NCBI GenBank assembly: GCA_030645735.1 | Contig: JAUSNP010000003.1 | Coordinates: forward strand, 27,608-91,607 | DNA: 64,000 nt | From: Candidatus Moraniibacteriota bacterium | GTDB lineage: Bacteria > Patescibacteriota > Minisyncoccia > Moranbacterales > UBA2206 | Direction: 5' to 3' | Shown here: piece by piece, positions 28,296 through 37,389 of the stretch | Numbering within the stretch: the first letter of the stretch is position 1 | Layout: the number at the start of each line of letters is the position of its first letter | Made by a program: the position numbers and the translations under genes | Notes under the pieces: model-generated | Told to the model about the DNA's origin: nothing | The model's input: the letters and a program-made list of their open reading frames with translations, nothing else | Database searches by the model: none

Positions 28296-29318
28296 TTAAA
28301 AGAAACTTTTGATTTTCTGAATAATACGATAGGCCAAATATTTTCTTCGGCCAATTATAATGTCATAACAACCGGGGAACTTGATTGAAACAGTTACTGG
28401 AGAAAAACTTTGTTTGAATCTGGTGATGCCCGCCCAATTATTATCCGCTGTTCCTGTTTTCACTCCGCCGAAATCATACCCAATCGCCCCAAATTTTTTA
28501 GCATCTTGAATTTGCTTCCATTGCAACAGATAGGGCGCCATCACATTGCGAAAACGATCATCCGAGGCGCCATGCAAATAAGTTACTGTGTCATCAAAGA
28601 AAATCACAATATTAGCTGCAATTATTTCCCCGCCTCGCGTCGACGAGCGGTCGTCTCCGCAAGTCGAGGCGGGACCTTCAAATTCTGCATAATATAGTTT
28701 TATATTTTCTCCTGGAATTGCCTCAAACATTTTTTGATAATAATCGCGCGGATGCGGAGTGATGCTTTGACGAGCGGAAGTGATTTCCACTAAGTCGCAA
28801 AATTTGTCCACATATTTTTTTTCATTGGAAATTCCCACTCGCACACCTTTCTTTTCAGCTAGTCTGATGTTATAACGGGTTTTCGGTTTCATCTCAGCTA
28901 GCAATGTTTCTTCACTTTTGGTGATATCAATAATAAATAATTCTCTAGGTTGCATATCATGTGGCGCTTTCACGACAAACGCATCAACACTTTTCTTGGT
29001 CAAATCCAAAATTTCTTGTGACGCGGGTTCAATGCGAATCCAGCCAGCATGATGGTCTTCAGCCAAGCCAATTAGATTTTTAAAATAATTAGAAACATTC
29101 TTGTCTCTGATGTTAAAAATATTGCCCCGCGGGATATAAAAATATTTGCCGACGATTGGCAATTTGTGCTCGATGATGTTGGACCAGAATCGTTCGCCCT
29201 TGATGTTCAAAGTTTTTTTGCCAGCCAATTCTTGAAATTCTCGCCACCAGTCCGACTGTAAAAATCCTTCCCCAGGGGCTTGTTGCATCAGGTCATTAAT
29301 TTTCAAATTATCTCGCAT
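28296..29318 (-). CDS. FemAB-family peptidyltransferase (aminoacyl-tRNA-dependent peptidoglycan branch formation), with an in-frame palindromic-element insertion
   Basis: FemAB-like architecture and length. The insertion encodes GPASTCGDDRSSTRGGE. Confidence 0.65.
   Translation of the reverse strand: MRDNLKINDLMQQAPGEGFLQSDWWREFQELAGKKTLNIKGERFWSNIIEHKLPIVGKYFYIPRGNIFNIRDKNVSNYFKNLIGLAEDHHAGWIRIEPASQEILDLTKKSVDAFVVKAPHDMQPRELFIIDITKSEETLLAEMKPKTRYNIRLAEKKGVRVGISNEKKYVDKFCDLVEITSARQSITPHPRDYYQKMFEAIPGENIKLYYAEFEGPASTCGDDRSSTRGGEIIAANIVIFFDDTVTYLHGASDDRFRNVMAPYLLQWKQIQDAKKFGAIGYDFGGVKTGTADNNWAGITRFKQSFSPVTVSIKFPGCYDIIIGRRKYLAYRIIQKIKSFF
28627..28672. repeat. GC-rich ~47-bp palindromic element, copy A (ccccgcctcgcgtcgacgagcggtcgtctccgcaagtcgaggcggga)
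   Basis: 9-bp terminal inverted repeat cccgcctcg/cgaggcggg with internal palindrome cgtcgacg. About 65% GC inside an AT-rich gene. Near-identical to 36275..36321. Confidence 0.85.
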
Positions 29319-29321
29319 AAT

Positions 29322-29894
29322 TTATTTCTTGCCTAAACTCCGTAAAGCCAAACCAATGCGTTGCCCAATATCAGTCACATCCTTGGCCACCAGCTTCAAA
29401 GCATCGCGCGCCTCGGTCACAGAATAGCCCATAGAAACCAAAGCTTCAATCGCATCAGAATCTGAGACAGCATCCTCCTTTTCGCTCTCTGGCATGTCCG
29501 CCACCTTGTTTCTGAGCTCCAAAATGACCCGCTCAGCGGTTTTCTTACCTACCCCTGAGACTTTGGTCAGAATCGATGAATCCTCGTTCAGAATGGCCGT
29601 TTTGATAGTTTGCGGGGTTGCAATCGACAAAATCCCCAAACCAGCTTTAGGGCCGATGCCTGAGATGGAAATCAAGAGCTCAAACATGTCCAATTCTTCC
29701 AGTGTCAGAAAGCCATACAAATCCAAGGCATCTTCACGCACCGAAGTGTGAATGAAAAAATCCACCCTTTCCACGCCCGCAATTTTGCCCAACGCATAAG
29801 TTGTGAGATGCACTTTGTAGCCCACGCCAGCCACATCCACCACGACAAACTTGTCCTTGCGATATTCAATTGTGCCCTTTATCTTCGCAATCAT
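29322..29894 (-). CDS. ruvA: Holliday junction helicase subunit RuvA
   Basis: MIAKIKGTI..., HhH domains ISGIGPKAGLGIL and VSGVGKKTAERV. Confidence 0.9.
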   Translation of the reverse strand: MIAKIKGTIEYRKDKFVVVDVAGVGYKVHLTTYALGKIAGVERVDFFIHTSVREDALDLYGFLTLEELDMFELLISISGIGPKAGLGILSIATPQTIKTAILNEDSSILTKVSGVGKKTAERVILELRNKVADMPESEKEDAVSDSDAIEALVSMGYSVTEARDALKLVAKDVTDIGQRIGLALRSLGKK

Positions 29895-30005
29895 CCTGTG
29901 TGATTTGCCTATTTATTAACTACTAGAATTCTAGCTTTTTTTCACCAAAAAGAAAAGCGCTGTTGCCAGCGCTTTCCCCCTATTCATATTCCACTCGGGC
30001 TAGCT

Positions 30006-30125
30006 TAGGATTTTTGCAAAAGCTAGCGTTACTACCAAGATGCCATAGCTGGCTAATCCAACAGCAACCATTACAACAGTTGCCATCGAAAGATGAAACA
30101 ACATTTCTAATTTATCCATATGATT
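30006..30125 (-). CDS. Possible 39-aa hydrophobic peptide (MDKLEMLFHLSMATVVMVAVGLASYGILVVTLAFAKILS)
   Basis: Small ORF followed by the hairpin aaagcgctgttgccagcgcttt at about 29958-29980. Below the ORF-track cutoff. Speculative. Confidence 0.25.
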
Positions 30126-30316
30126 TAAAATTAAATAAATTACGATAATTTTATCCATTTACCCTTAAATACAGTGAATATAATGGATATGTGAACTTAG
30201 CACCCAGCCAATTTTTTGTCAAATAAATTTAGCGCTTTTTGCCCCAGCTCTTGCCTAAACCAAAATACTATGCTAAAAATAGTAGGTAACTAAAAAGAGA
30301 TAAATTTCAAAAAACT

Positions 30317-30589
30317 ATGCCAATCAAAACATCCGCTAAGAAATACATGCGCGTGACTGAGCGAAAGACTGAGATTAACAAGAAAATCAAAGGTCTTTTC
30401 CGTAGCGCTATCAAGAAAGCCACTGAAGCCATCGCCAAAAACGATGCCAAGACAGCTGGAGAATGGGCCAAAAAAGCCTTCCAAGCCTTGGATAAAGCTG
30501 CCAAAAAAGAAGTGATCAGCAAAAACACCGCTGCTCGCAAGAAATCGAGATTGAACAAGAAAGTTAAGGCTATTACAATCAAGAAATAA
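30317..30589 (+). CDS. rpsT: 30S ribosomal protein S20
   Basis: MPIKTSAKKYMRVTERKTEINKKIKGLFRSAIKKATEAIAKND, 90 aa. Confidence 0.9.
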   Translation: MPIKTSAKKYMRVTERKTEINKKIKGLFRSAIKKATEAIAKNDAKTAGEWAKKAFQALDKAAKKEVISKNTAARKKSRLNKKVKAITIKK

Positions 30590-30606
30590 TCCTCCTCAAT
30601 CAAAAA

Positions 30607-30632
30607 ACACCCCCGAAGGGTGTTTTTTGATT
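30607..30632 (+). terminator. Rho-independent terminator after rpsT
   Basis: acacccccgaagggtgt followed by tttttga. Confidence 0.6.
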
Positions 30633-30762
30633 GCAAGTCTAATTTCTAAAGTTTAAAGTCTAAAAGAAGTATTTAAGTCTAAAGTTTGAAGTATTTTTTA
30701 ACTTTATACTTTTAAACTTTAGTCTTGCTTTAGACTTTAGTATTTAGACCTTAGACTTTCCG

Positions 30763-31728
30763 TTAAAGTTCAACTACAAACTTATCTAGTGCCACCTTCA
30801 CCTCAATCTGCCCGGTTTTGATTTGCGTGTCGAGCTGGCTGAGTTTTTCATAGACGGCTTTCAATTTCGGCAAAGGGAAATTGCGCAATTGGCCGAGACT
30901 TTTTTTGACCACAAAGGGATGCAAACCAGCCGTTTTGGCTATCGCTGATTCATTGCCAAAAAACTGACCTTGCAAATCCGCCACCTTCAAAAGATTGCGG
31001 AATTGATAAACAAACATCGAGAAGATGTAGAAAGGATCCTCGCCTTTTTTCAAATGTTCCTGCAACAAACGCAAAGCCTCTTTTTTGTTGTTATTGGCCA
31101 ACGCGTCAATGGTATTGAAAATGTTGGTATCCAAATTGGCGCGCACTAGCAAATCTACATCTTCTGATTGAATGACTTTTCCGTGGGCAAAATCAACCAA
31201 CTTGCGCAATTCCTTGTCTAATGAATTGGTATCACTCCCGACAAACAAAATCAATTTTTCCAAAGCGCTTCTGGAGATGCCACTCTTATCATCAAGCTCT
31301 TTGATTCTTTGCACAATCCACTGAGTCAATTTGAGACCGCTCAATTTTTCGAAATTCTGAGACTTGGCAATTTTTTCCAACACTTTATACAGCTTGCCGT
31401 TTTTCTTGGGCTGGCCATCTTCCCAAAAAATCAACACTAGATCTAGATCAGTTTGAATATTTTTTTCATACTTTTTCAAATAATCTAGCAATTCGTCTTT
31501 TTCAATGTCTGTCCCCGCCTCAACCATATCCCGCACAATCACCAATCTTTTAGGCGCCAACAGATTGGGCGTGTTCAAAACATCTAACAATTTCTGTTTA
31601 TTGTTTTGCCCATAATCAAAAACTGACAAACCCGAGCCAATCGTGTCGGTTGCCAAAAACTTATTTTTGATTTCTAGAACTTTTTGACTAGATCGAAATG
31701 AGTCTTCGCCGTACAAAAAAAATAACAT
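30763..31728 (-). CDS. holA: DNA polymerase III delta subunit
   Basis: MLFFLYGEDSF N-terminus, 321 aa, delta-subunit-like helical C-terminal domain. Confidence 0.7.
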   Translation of the reverse strand: MLFFLYGEDSFRSSQKVLEIKNKFLATDTIGSGLSVFDYGQNNKQKLLDVLNTPNLLAPKRLVIVRDMVEAGTDIEKDELLDYLKKYEKNIQTDLDLVLIFWEDGQPKKNGKLYKVLEKIAKSQNFEKLSGLKLTQWIVQRIKELDDKSGISRSALEKLILFVGSDTNSLDKELRKLVDFAHGKVIQSEDVDLLVRANLDTNIFNTIDALANNNKKEALRLLQEHLKKGEDPFYIFSMFVYQFRNLLKVADLQGQFFGNESAIAKTAGLHPFVVKKSLGQLRNFPLPKLKAVYEKLSQLDTQIKTGQIEVKVALDKFVVEL

Positions 31729-31832
31729 GCCTAAATTTTTAGTGATTATTCTCTAATGTCTAGTATATAGCATATCAGGCAAACAAAAAAGAAAGCCCTT
31801 TTTCAAGGGCTTTCTAATGAATTCTATTGAGA

Positions 31833-32990
31833 CTAAACTCCCGGTGTCCACTTCAAGGATTGTCCTGGTTCTAGAATTTCCACCCAGATCTGACCTGGCA
31901 CAAATTTCATTTCTTGACCAGCTTGGTCATAAAAGAATAGTTTGCTATCTAGTCTTGCTTTGTCTTTCTTCCAAGTTCCGATATATTCTTTACCGTTCAA
32001 ATAATAATGCGCTTCGCCTGAATCGGATGAATCATACCATGGGTCACCGATTTGAACATTGTTATAGCGACCAGAAATGCTTTCTACTCCAGTCTTTTTG
32101 ATTTCTTCTACATTCTTCCATGGGTCACTCATACCTTTTCCAACATAATCATAGTCCGCCATAATTTGCTCTGAAGCTGCGGTCAAAACCACAACATTTT
32201 TTGGCGCCACTCGTTGGTCATTGTTGCGATCAGTGTCAATGGCCTCACCCCAAGTTCGCAAATATGAGTTGGTAGCTTTGTCATAATCATATTCAGCATC
32301 ATACGGTTTTTTGAAAGCTACACGCAAATGACCGCCTGTTGGTCTCTGATCTTCTGGAGCCTCTCCTTGATGAGCATAGCCAGAAAATTTTCCTTCCGTG
32401 CGATATTTCTTATCAGCAATCATAGCCAAAATATTGTCCTTAGTGATGTGACCAGTGTCCTCCAAGCGCATTTTGCCAGAAACATCCCAGCGGGCGCAAT
32501 AGTTGCCAGTCATACAATCATAATTGTCGATTACCTTTTCTTTCAAAAGATCTAGTGCAAAATGTGATCCGCCCCAGTGAATGAAGACTGCGTCCAATCC
32601 TTTGGCCAAAGCGATGTAGTCATGTCGTGAACTGCGAATTGCGCCAACCTCCTTCGGGATGTCACAAACATACACGCCCATAAGCCTAGTCACTGAGCCT
32701 GTGAAAGCGGGCATTTCAATCACCATATCCGCTTGAGAAAATCCAGCAGCTGGTCGCGCTTGCACATCCGACGGTTGCATCACGGCCACTGGTCGCTTGT
32801 TCCAATTTTCACAAGCAATGCCAGAAATTGGACTGACTGGTCCTTCGTTGGCAATTGGATATTCCTGTGGTTGACCTCCATTGTTAATTTCGATTTTTTT
32901 GACATCTTTTGATGAGGAGAAAAAATACCATCCTCCTGCCACCACTACGATTGCCACTATAGCAATAATCGCTTTCTGCTTCGTACTCAT
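31833..32990 (-). CDS. DUF3048-domain exported protein (YerB-like)
   Basis: N-terminal TM, then ...RPVAVMQPSDVQARPAAGFSQADMVIEMPAFTGSVTRLMGVY, typical of DUF3048 N/C domains. Confidence 0.65.
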   Translation of the reverse strand: MSTKQKAIIAIVAIVVVAGGWYFFSSSKDVKKIEINNGGQPQEYPIANEGPVSPISGIACENWNKRPVAVMQPSDVQARPAAGFSQADMVIEMPAFTGSVTRLMGVYVCDIPKEVGAIRSSRHDYIALAKGLDAVFIHWGGSHFALDLLKEKVIDNYDCMTGNYCARWDVSGKMRLEDTGHITKDNILAMIADKKYRTEGKFSGYAHQGEAPEDQRPTGGHLRVAFKKPYDAEYDYDKATNSYLRTWGEAIDTDRNNDQRVAPKNVVVLTAASEQIMADYDYVGKGMSDPWKNVEEIKKTGVESISGRYNNVQIGDPWYDSSDSGEAHYYLNGKEYIGTWKKDKARLDSKLFFYDQAGQEMKFVPGQIWVEILEPGQSLKWTPGV

Positions 32991-33053
32991 TTATTTTTTA
33001 GACAGGAAAATGAAATTTAGTGTTTCATGTTTCATGTTTTATGTTATATGAAT

Positions 33054-34001
33054 TTATTTTTGACATTTAGGACAAAAGAAAACACTTCTCTGTCCAATTG
33101 TTTCACGCACGATTATTGTATCACATTTTTGACATTTTTCACCAGCCTTGCGATAAACTTTCAAAACTTTCTGAAATCCACCAGGGGCGCCTGAGGTGTC
33201 GCGATAATCTGAATCAGAAGTTCCGCGCAATTTGATGGCATGGCGCAAAATCTTGCCGATCCAGCCAAAAAGCTTTTTTCTTTCAATTGTTGAGATGTTT
33301 CCTGCCAGCCTAGTTGGTAAAATTCCGGCGACAAACAAAATCTCACTCCGATAGATATTGCCAATGCCAGCAATCAAATTTTGATCCATCAATATGATGC
33401 CTATTGGACTCTTGGCTTTTCTATCCAAAATCTCATTGAATTTTTTGAAAGTGAAATCCGGACTCACCGCGTCAATTCCCAAAGCTTTGATTTCTGGCAA
33501 CTCCAAAACCTTGTCTGTGTCCACCAAAACAATTTTGGCAAATTTACGCACATCTGAAAACTCTATTACTTTATTGAATTTAATATTTTTTTTATCTTTG
33601 GTGTTTTGAGTTTCAGTTTTTGATATTGTTTCGGATTTCGATTTTCGGATTTCGGATTTTAAATAAAATTTATGTCGAATATACTGATTCACCCTATCTT
33701 CAAAATAATCCTTTCCATCCACTTTCGACTTTCGACTTTGGACTTTGGACTTGATTAAAAGGTGTCCCGTCATCTTCAGATGCAAATATAGCGTTTTCTC
33801 GCCCGACAAATCCACAAAAATATTTTTACCGATTCGGCGCACGCCCAAAATTTTTCGTCCCACAATTTCTTTTTTGAAAACAGCCAAGGTTTTTCCTTTG
33901 ATGGCTTTGGGCCACTCACTCCAAAAATCGGTGATTGTGTCACCCTTGATTTTTTCATTCAAATCATTCACCACCGTCTGGACCTCTGGCAATTCTGGCA
34001 T
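33054..34001 (-). CDS. mutM: Formamidopyrimidine-DNA glycosylase, with internal tandem-repeat insertions
   Basis: MPELPEVQTVVNDL N-terminus (Pro2, Glu3), H2TH region, and a C-terminal zinc finger CQKCDTIIVRETIGQRSVFFCPKCQ. Repeat blocks at 33601..33670 and 33719..33756 encode KSKxxxx-type low-complexity segments. Confidence 0.85.
   Translation of the reverse strand: MPELPEVQTVVNDLNEKIKGDTITDFWSEWPKAIKGKTLAVFKKEIVGRKILGVRRIGKNIFVDLSGEKTLYLHLKMTGHLLIKSKVQSRKSKVDGKDYFEDRVNQYIRHKFYLKSEIRKSKSETISKTETQNTKDKKNIKFNKVIEFSDVRKFAKIVLVDTDKVLELPEIKALGIDAVSPDFTFKKFNEILDRKAKSPIGIILMDQNLIAGIGNIYRSEILFVAGILPTRLAGNISTIERKKLFGWIGKILRHAIKLRGTSDSDYRDTSGAPGGFQKVLKVYRKAGEKCQKCDTIIVRETIGQRSVFFCPKCQK
33601..33756. 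repeat. Two blocks of short tandem repeats (tttcggatttcgattttcggatttcggatttt; ctttcgactttcgactttggactttggacttg) about 50 bp apart, inside fpg
   Basis: Seen directly. The fpg frame is maintained. Confidence 0.8.
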
Positions 34002-34120
34002 AAAAATTTATTACTTTTTATTAAGCTATTTTAGCATTATTCACGCATTACATCAATTTGACCATTATAAAAGGGCTCGTGCAGAATCACACAAGCCCTT
34101 TGTTTTGAAGTATTCAGCAT

Positions 34121-34537
34121 TTATGCAGCTAGGTCATAATCGTACGGCGTACATTTACAACTTACGCCGACTAGCATCAGAAAATTTTCACTAGTAATCT
34201 CCTTGACTACATACACTCGACTCTTGCCCCTTACGACAACATTGCAGCCTTTGACAATCCCTTTTCTGGTAATGTTTTCCAAACGACCTGCTATTGCCTT
34301 CGTTCTTGCATTTGCAAACTCGCAGTCCGTTGTTGCCTTGTTTGAAAGAGATGCATCGATCGCTGGTAATGCATGATTTCTTCCTTGATAAACCTTGTAA
34401 CTCTTCCAATTCATATCTCCTTCTAACTGCGACATAGAAAAAATCCTTCTAAATAAAATTATTCTTCCCGTCGAATTTTCGACGACCCATTGCCCAAAAG
34501 AACTAAACACTATCAGAAAATTTACAGCAAAAATCAT
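34121..34537 (-). CDS. Hypothetical exported protein (138 aa)
   Basis: N-terminal hydrophobic segment MIFAVNFLIVFSSFGQW. No family recognised. Confidence 0.4.
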   Translation of the reverse strand: MIFAVNFLIVFSSFGQWVVENSTGRIILFRRIFSMSQLEGDMNWKSYKVYQGRNHALPAIDASLSNKATTDCEFANARTKAIAGRLENITRKGIVKGCNVVVRGKSRVYVVKEITSENFLMLVGVSCKCTPYDYDLAA

Positions 34538-34604
34538 TTTGTGTCAATCAAAAAAGTCGGGAAACCCGACTAATTTTTAATTTTGAGATTTCAATTTTAA
34601 ACTT

Positions 34605-37343
34605 TTATATTTCTCCCCAATTATCCCCAATCTGCACATCCACTACCAATGGAACCTTGAGTTTGATGACTTGTTCCATGGCGGTTTTTATTTTTTGCGC
34701 AAAAGTTTCCGCGATTTCTTCTTTGACTTCAAACAAAAGTTCATCATGCACTTGCAAGATTGTGCGGGCCTGGCCGGCAAATTCAGCCACGACTTTTTCA
34801 GCTTCAATCATAGCCAATTTCATGATGTCAGCCGCCATGCCTTGGATTGGCATATTGATGGCCATACGTTCAGCACCAGATTGCACTTGGAAATTGGCCG
34901 AGTTTATTTCTGGAATGTAACGACGGCGACCCAGTTGTGTTTCCACGAATAAATTTTTCTTGGCTTCCTGCTTGGTGTCGTGCATATATTTGGCCACGCC
35001 CGAGAACTTTTCCATATATTCATTGATGAAATTCTTGGCTTCTTCACGATCAATGCCGGCCGAAGCCGCAAAGCCAAACACGCCCATACCATAGATGATG
35101 CCGAAGTTCAACGCCTTGGCCTTGCTGCGCATTTTTTCTGTGACTTGCGACATGGAAACCTTGTTGATGATGGAAGCAGTCGCGCGATGAATGTCTTCGC
35201 CTTTGGTGAAAGCTTCGATCATGTTTTTGTCGCCCGACACATGCGCCACCACTCGCAAATCAATTTGTGAATAATCAGCACTGACCAATTTGAAACCTTT
35301 CTCTGCCTCAAAAGCCGTGCGCAAAAGTTGCCCCACATCAGTTTTGATCGGAATGTTTTGCAAATTTGGATCAGAAGATGACAGTCGTCCAGTGGCTGCC
35401 ACCGCTTGATTGAACGAGGTGTGAATGCGTGAATTATCATCCACCAACTTCGGCAATGAATCTAGATAGGTTGTCTTCAATTTGAAAATTTCACGATATT
35501 CTTCAATCTTTTCAATGATCTTGTGTTCTCCGCGCAATTTTGTGAGCTCAGCTGAAGCAGTAGAAAAACCAGTTTTCAATTTCTTCACATTGTCTGTCGG
35601 AATCTGCAAAGTTTCAAACAAAACATCCGCCACTTGTTTGGGCGAACTGATATTGAAATCTTTGCCCGCCAGCTGGTGAATGCTTTTTTCCAGAATGGCG
35701 ATGCGTTTTTCAATGGTTTCCGAAATGCCAACAAAAATAGTCTTGTTTAAATGGATGCCATGCATTTCAATCTCAGCCAAAATCTTGACCAAGGGCATTT
35801 CAATTTTTTGCAAAACAGTTTCCAGATTATGCTTCTCACCCTGTTGCATGGAAATATCTTGAATTTTTTTCTGATGAATGCTTTCCACTTTGAAAACATA
35901 GTCTGCGCGCTGACAAATCTGTTGTGCCACTTCAGTCGCCGATTCAATTTCCAAGCCCAGTTGGCCTTTTTTGTTAGCTGCTGACAATTCTTCACCCAAT
36001 TCTTCCAAAACGATGTTTTCCAATTCAACTTTGCCACCGGGATTCAAAACATAGGCCGACAACATCACGTCCCAATAAATATTTTTGAGTTCAATTCCAT
36101 ATTTTCGCAAAACTTCAAACGCATGTTTCAAATCATAACCAATTTTTCTGATTTTTTCATTTTCAAAAATGGTTTTCAACCTGGCAAAACTCTCAACTGA
36201 ATATTCCACATAACCGGCGCGTCCGGTCTTGTGACAAATCGCCACGCCCTGGATGGTGCTGGCAAAATATTTTTCCCCGCCTCGCGTCGACGAGTGGTCG
36301 TCTCCACGAGTCGAGGCGGGTCCAACTGTCTTTAGTGTAATCGCAATTTCTTCTTGCTCACTTAATAATTTCACGAAATCATCCATTTTTTCTGGGGTTA
36401 TCAATTCAAATTTGAAATCTTTCACGCCAGCCGCATCAGTACTACTCGCTTTCATATCTCCACTTCCTTGTCCTGGCAATCGCTTAATCAATGAAAAGAA
36501 ATTCAATTCTTGAAAAAGTCTGACAATCGTCGGCCGATCAAACTCGCGCGTCACCGCTTTTTCCAAATCCAATTGCACCGGCGCGTCCAACACAATGGTT
36601 GCCAACCACTTGCTTTTGAAAGCCAAGACTTTGTTTTTTTCCAATTTGTCTTTCACTGCGCCTTTGATTTCCGCAATGTTTTCATAAACCTTTTCCACCG
36701 TGTCATATTTTTGCAAAAGAGTGGTAGCGGTTTTTTCACCGATGCCTTTGACGCCTGGAATATTGTCCGAAGCATCCCCACGCAAACTCTTGTAATCAAT
36801 CATTTGATCCGGTCGCAAACCGAACCTTTCAAAAACTTCTGGTGCGCCATAGAGCACAGTGTCAGTAATGCCACGACGCAACGCAAAAACTTTGGTAGTG
36901 TCATTCACTAATTGCAAAGTGTCCAAATCGCCAGTCACGATGATATTTTCAATGCCTGCATTCAATTTTTTTGATTGTGTCACGATGGTTCCAATCACAT
37001 CATCCGCCTCAAAACCTTCTTTTTCATAAATCGGAATGTTGAAAGCGCGCACCAATTCCTTGACGCGATCAATCTGCGCATACAACTCATCCGGCGCCTT
37101 GGTGCGAGTGGCTTTGTATTCCGCATATTCCTCATGACGAAAAGTCGGCGCCTTCAAATCGAAAGTGGCGATGATATAGTCCGGCTGAAATCTTTCAATC
37201 ACGCTGAGCAGTGTCGAAGCAAAACCATAAACCGCATTCACCAACTCGCCTGACTTGGTCGACAACGGTGGCAAAGCATGAAACGAACGATGAATAATCG
37301 CATTGCCGTCGATAACTACTAGTTTTTTAGTCTTTTTTTCCAT
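34605..37343 (-). CDS. polA: DNA polymerase I (5'-3' exonuclease, 3'-5' exonuclease-like and polymerase domains), with an in-frame palindromic-element insertion
   Basis: 5'-nuclease N-terminus (VIDGNAIIHRSFHALPPL), and polymerase motifs RRxAKxxNFGxxYG (RSKAKALNFGIIYG) and VHDELLFEV. The insertion encodes GPASTRGDDHSSTRGGE between the nuclease and polymerase regions. Confidence 0.9.
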   Translation of the reverse strand: MEKKTKKLVVIDGNAIIHRSFHALPPLSTKSGELVNAVYGFASTLLSVIERFQPDYIIATFDLKAPTFRHEEYAEYKATRTKAPDELYAQIDRVKELVRAFNIPIYEKEGFEADDVIGTIVTQSKKLNAGIENIIVTGDLDTLQLVNDTTKVFALRRGITDTVLYGAPEVFERFGLRPDQMIDYKSLRGDASDNIPGVKGIGEKTATTLLQKYDTVEKVYENIAEIKGAVKDKLEKNKVLAFKSKWLATIVLDAPVQLDLEKAVTREFDRPTIVRLFQELNFFSLIKRLPGQGSGDMKASSTDAAGVKDFKFELITPEKMDDFVKLLSEQEEIAITLKTVGPASTRGDDHSSTRGGEKYFASTIQGVAICHKTGRAGYVEYSVESFARLKTIFENEKIRKIGYDLKHAFEVLRKYGIELKNIYWDVMLSAYVLNPGGKVELENIVLEELGEELSAANKKGQLGLEIESATEVAQQICQRADYVFKVESIHQKKIQDISMQQGEKHNLETVLQKIEMPLVKILAEIEMHGIHLNKTIFVGISETIEKRIAILEKSIHQLAGKDFNISSPKQVADVLFETLQIPTDNVKKLKTGFSTASAELTKLRGEHKIIEKIEEYREIFKLKTTYLDSLPKLVDDNSRIHTSFNQAVAATGRLSSSDPNLQNIPIKTDVGQLLRTAFEAEKGFKLVSADYSQIDLRVVAHVSGDKNMIEAFTKGEDIHRATASIINKVSMSQVTEKMRSKAKALNFGIIYGMGVFGFAASAGIDREEAKNFINEYMEKFSGVAKYMHDTKQEAKKNLFVETQLGRRRYIPEINSANFQVQSGAERMAINMPIQGMAADIMKLAMIEAEKVVAEFAGQARTILQVHDELLFEVKEEIAETFAQKIKTAMEQVIKLKVPLVVDVQIGDNWGEI
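36275..36321. repeat. GC-rich ~47-bp palindromic element, copy B (ccccgcctcgcgtcgacgagtggtcgtctccacgagtcgaggcgggt)
   Basis: About 43/47 identical to copy A and in the same orientation. Similar A/T-then-CCCC left flank. Confidence 0.85.
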
Positions 37344-37389
37344 ATATTAAGTATATACATTCAAAACACTTATTACAAACAATTTCAAA

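Noticed and set aside
36275-36321. Intein in PolA
   Set aside because: The insert is only about 16 aa and lacks intein splicing motifs. It is explained by the palindromic DNA element also present in femAB.
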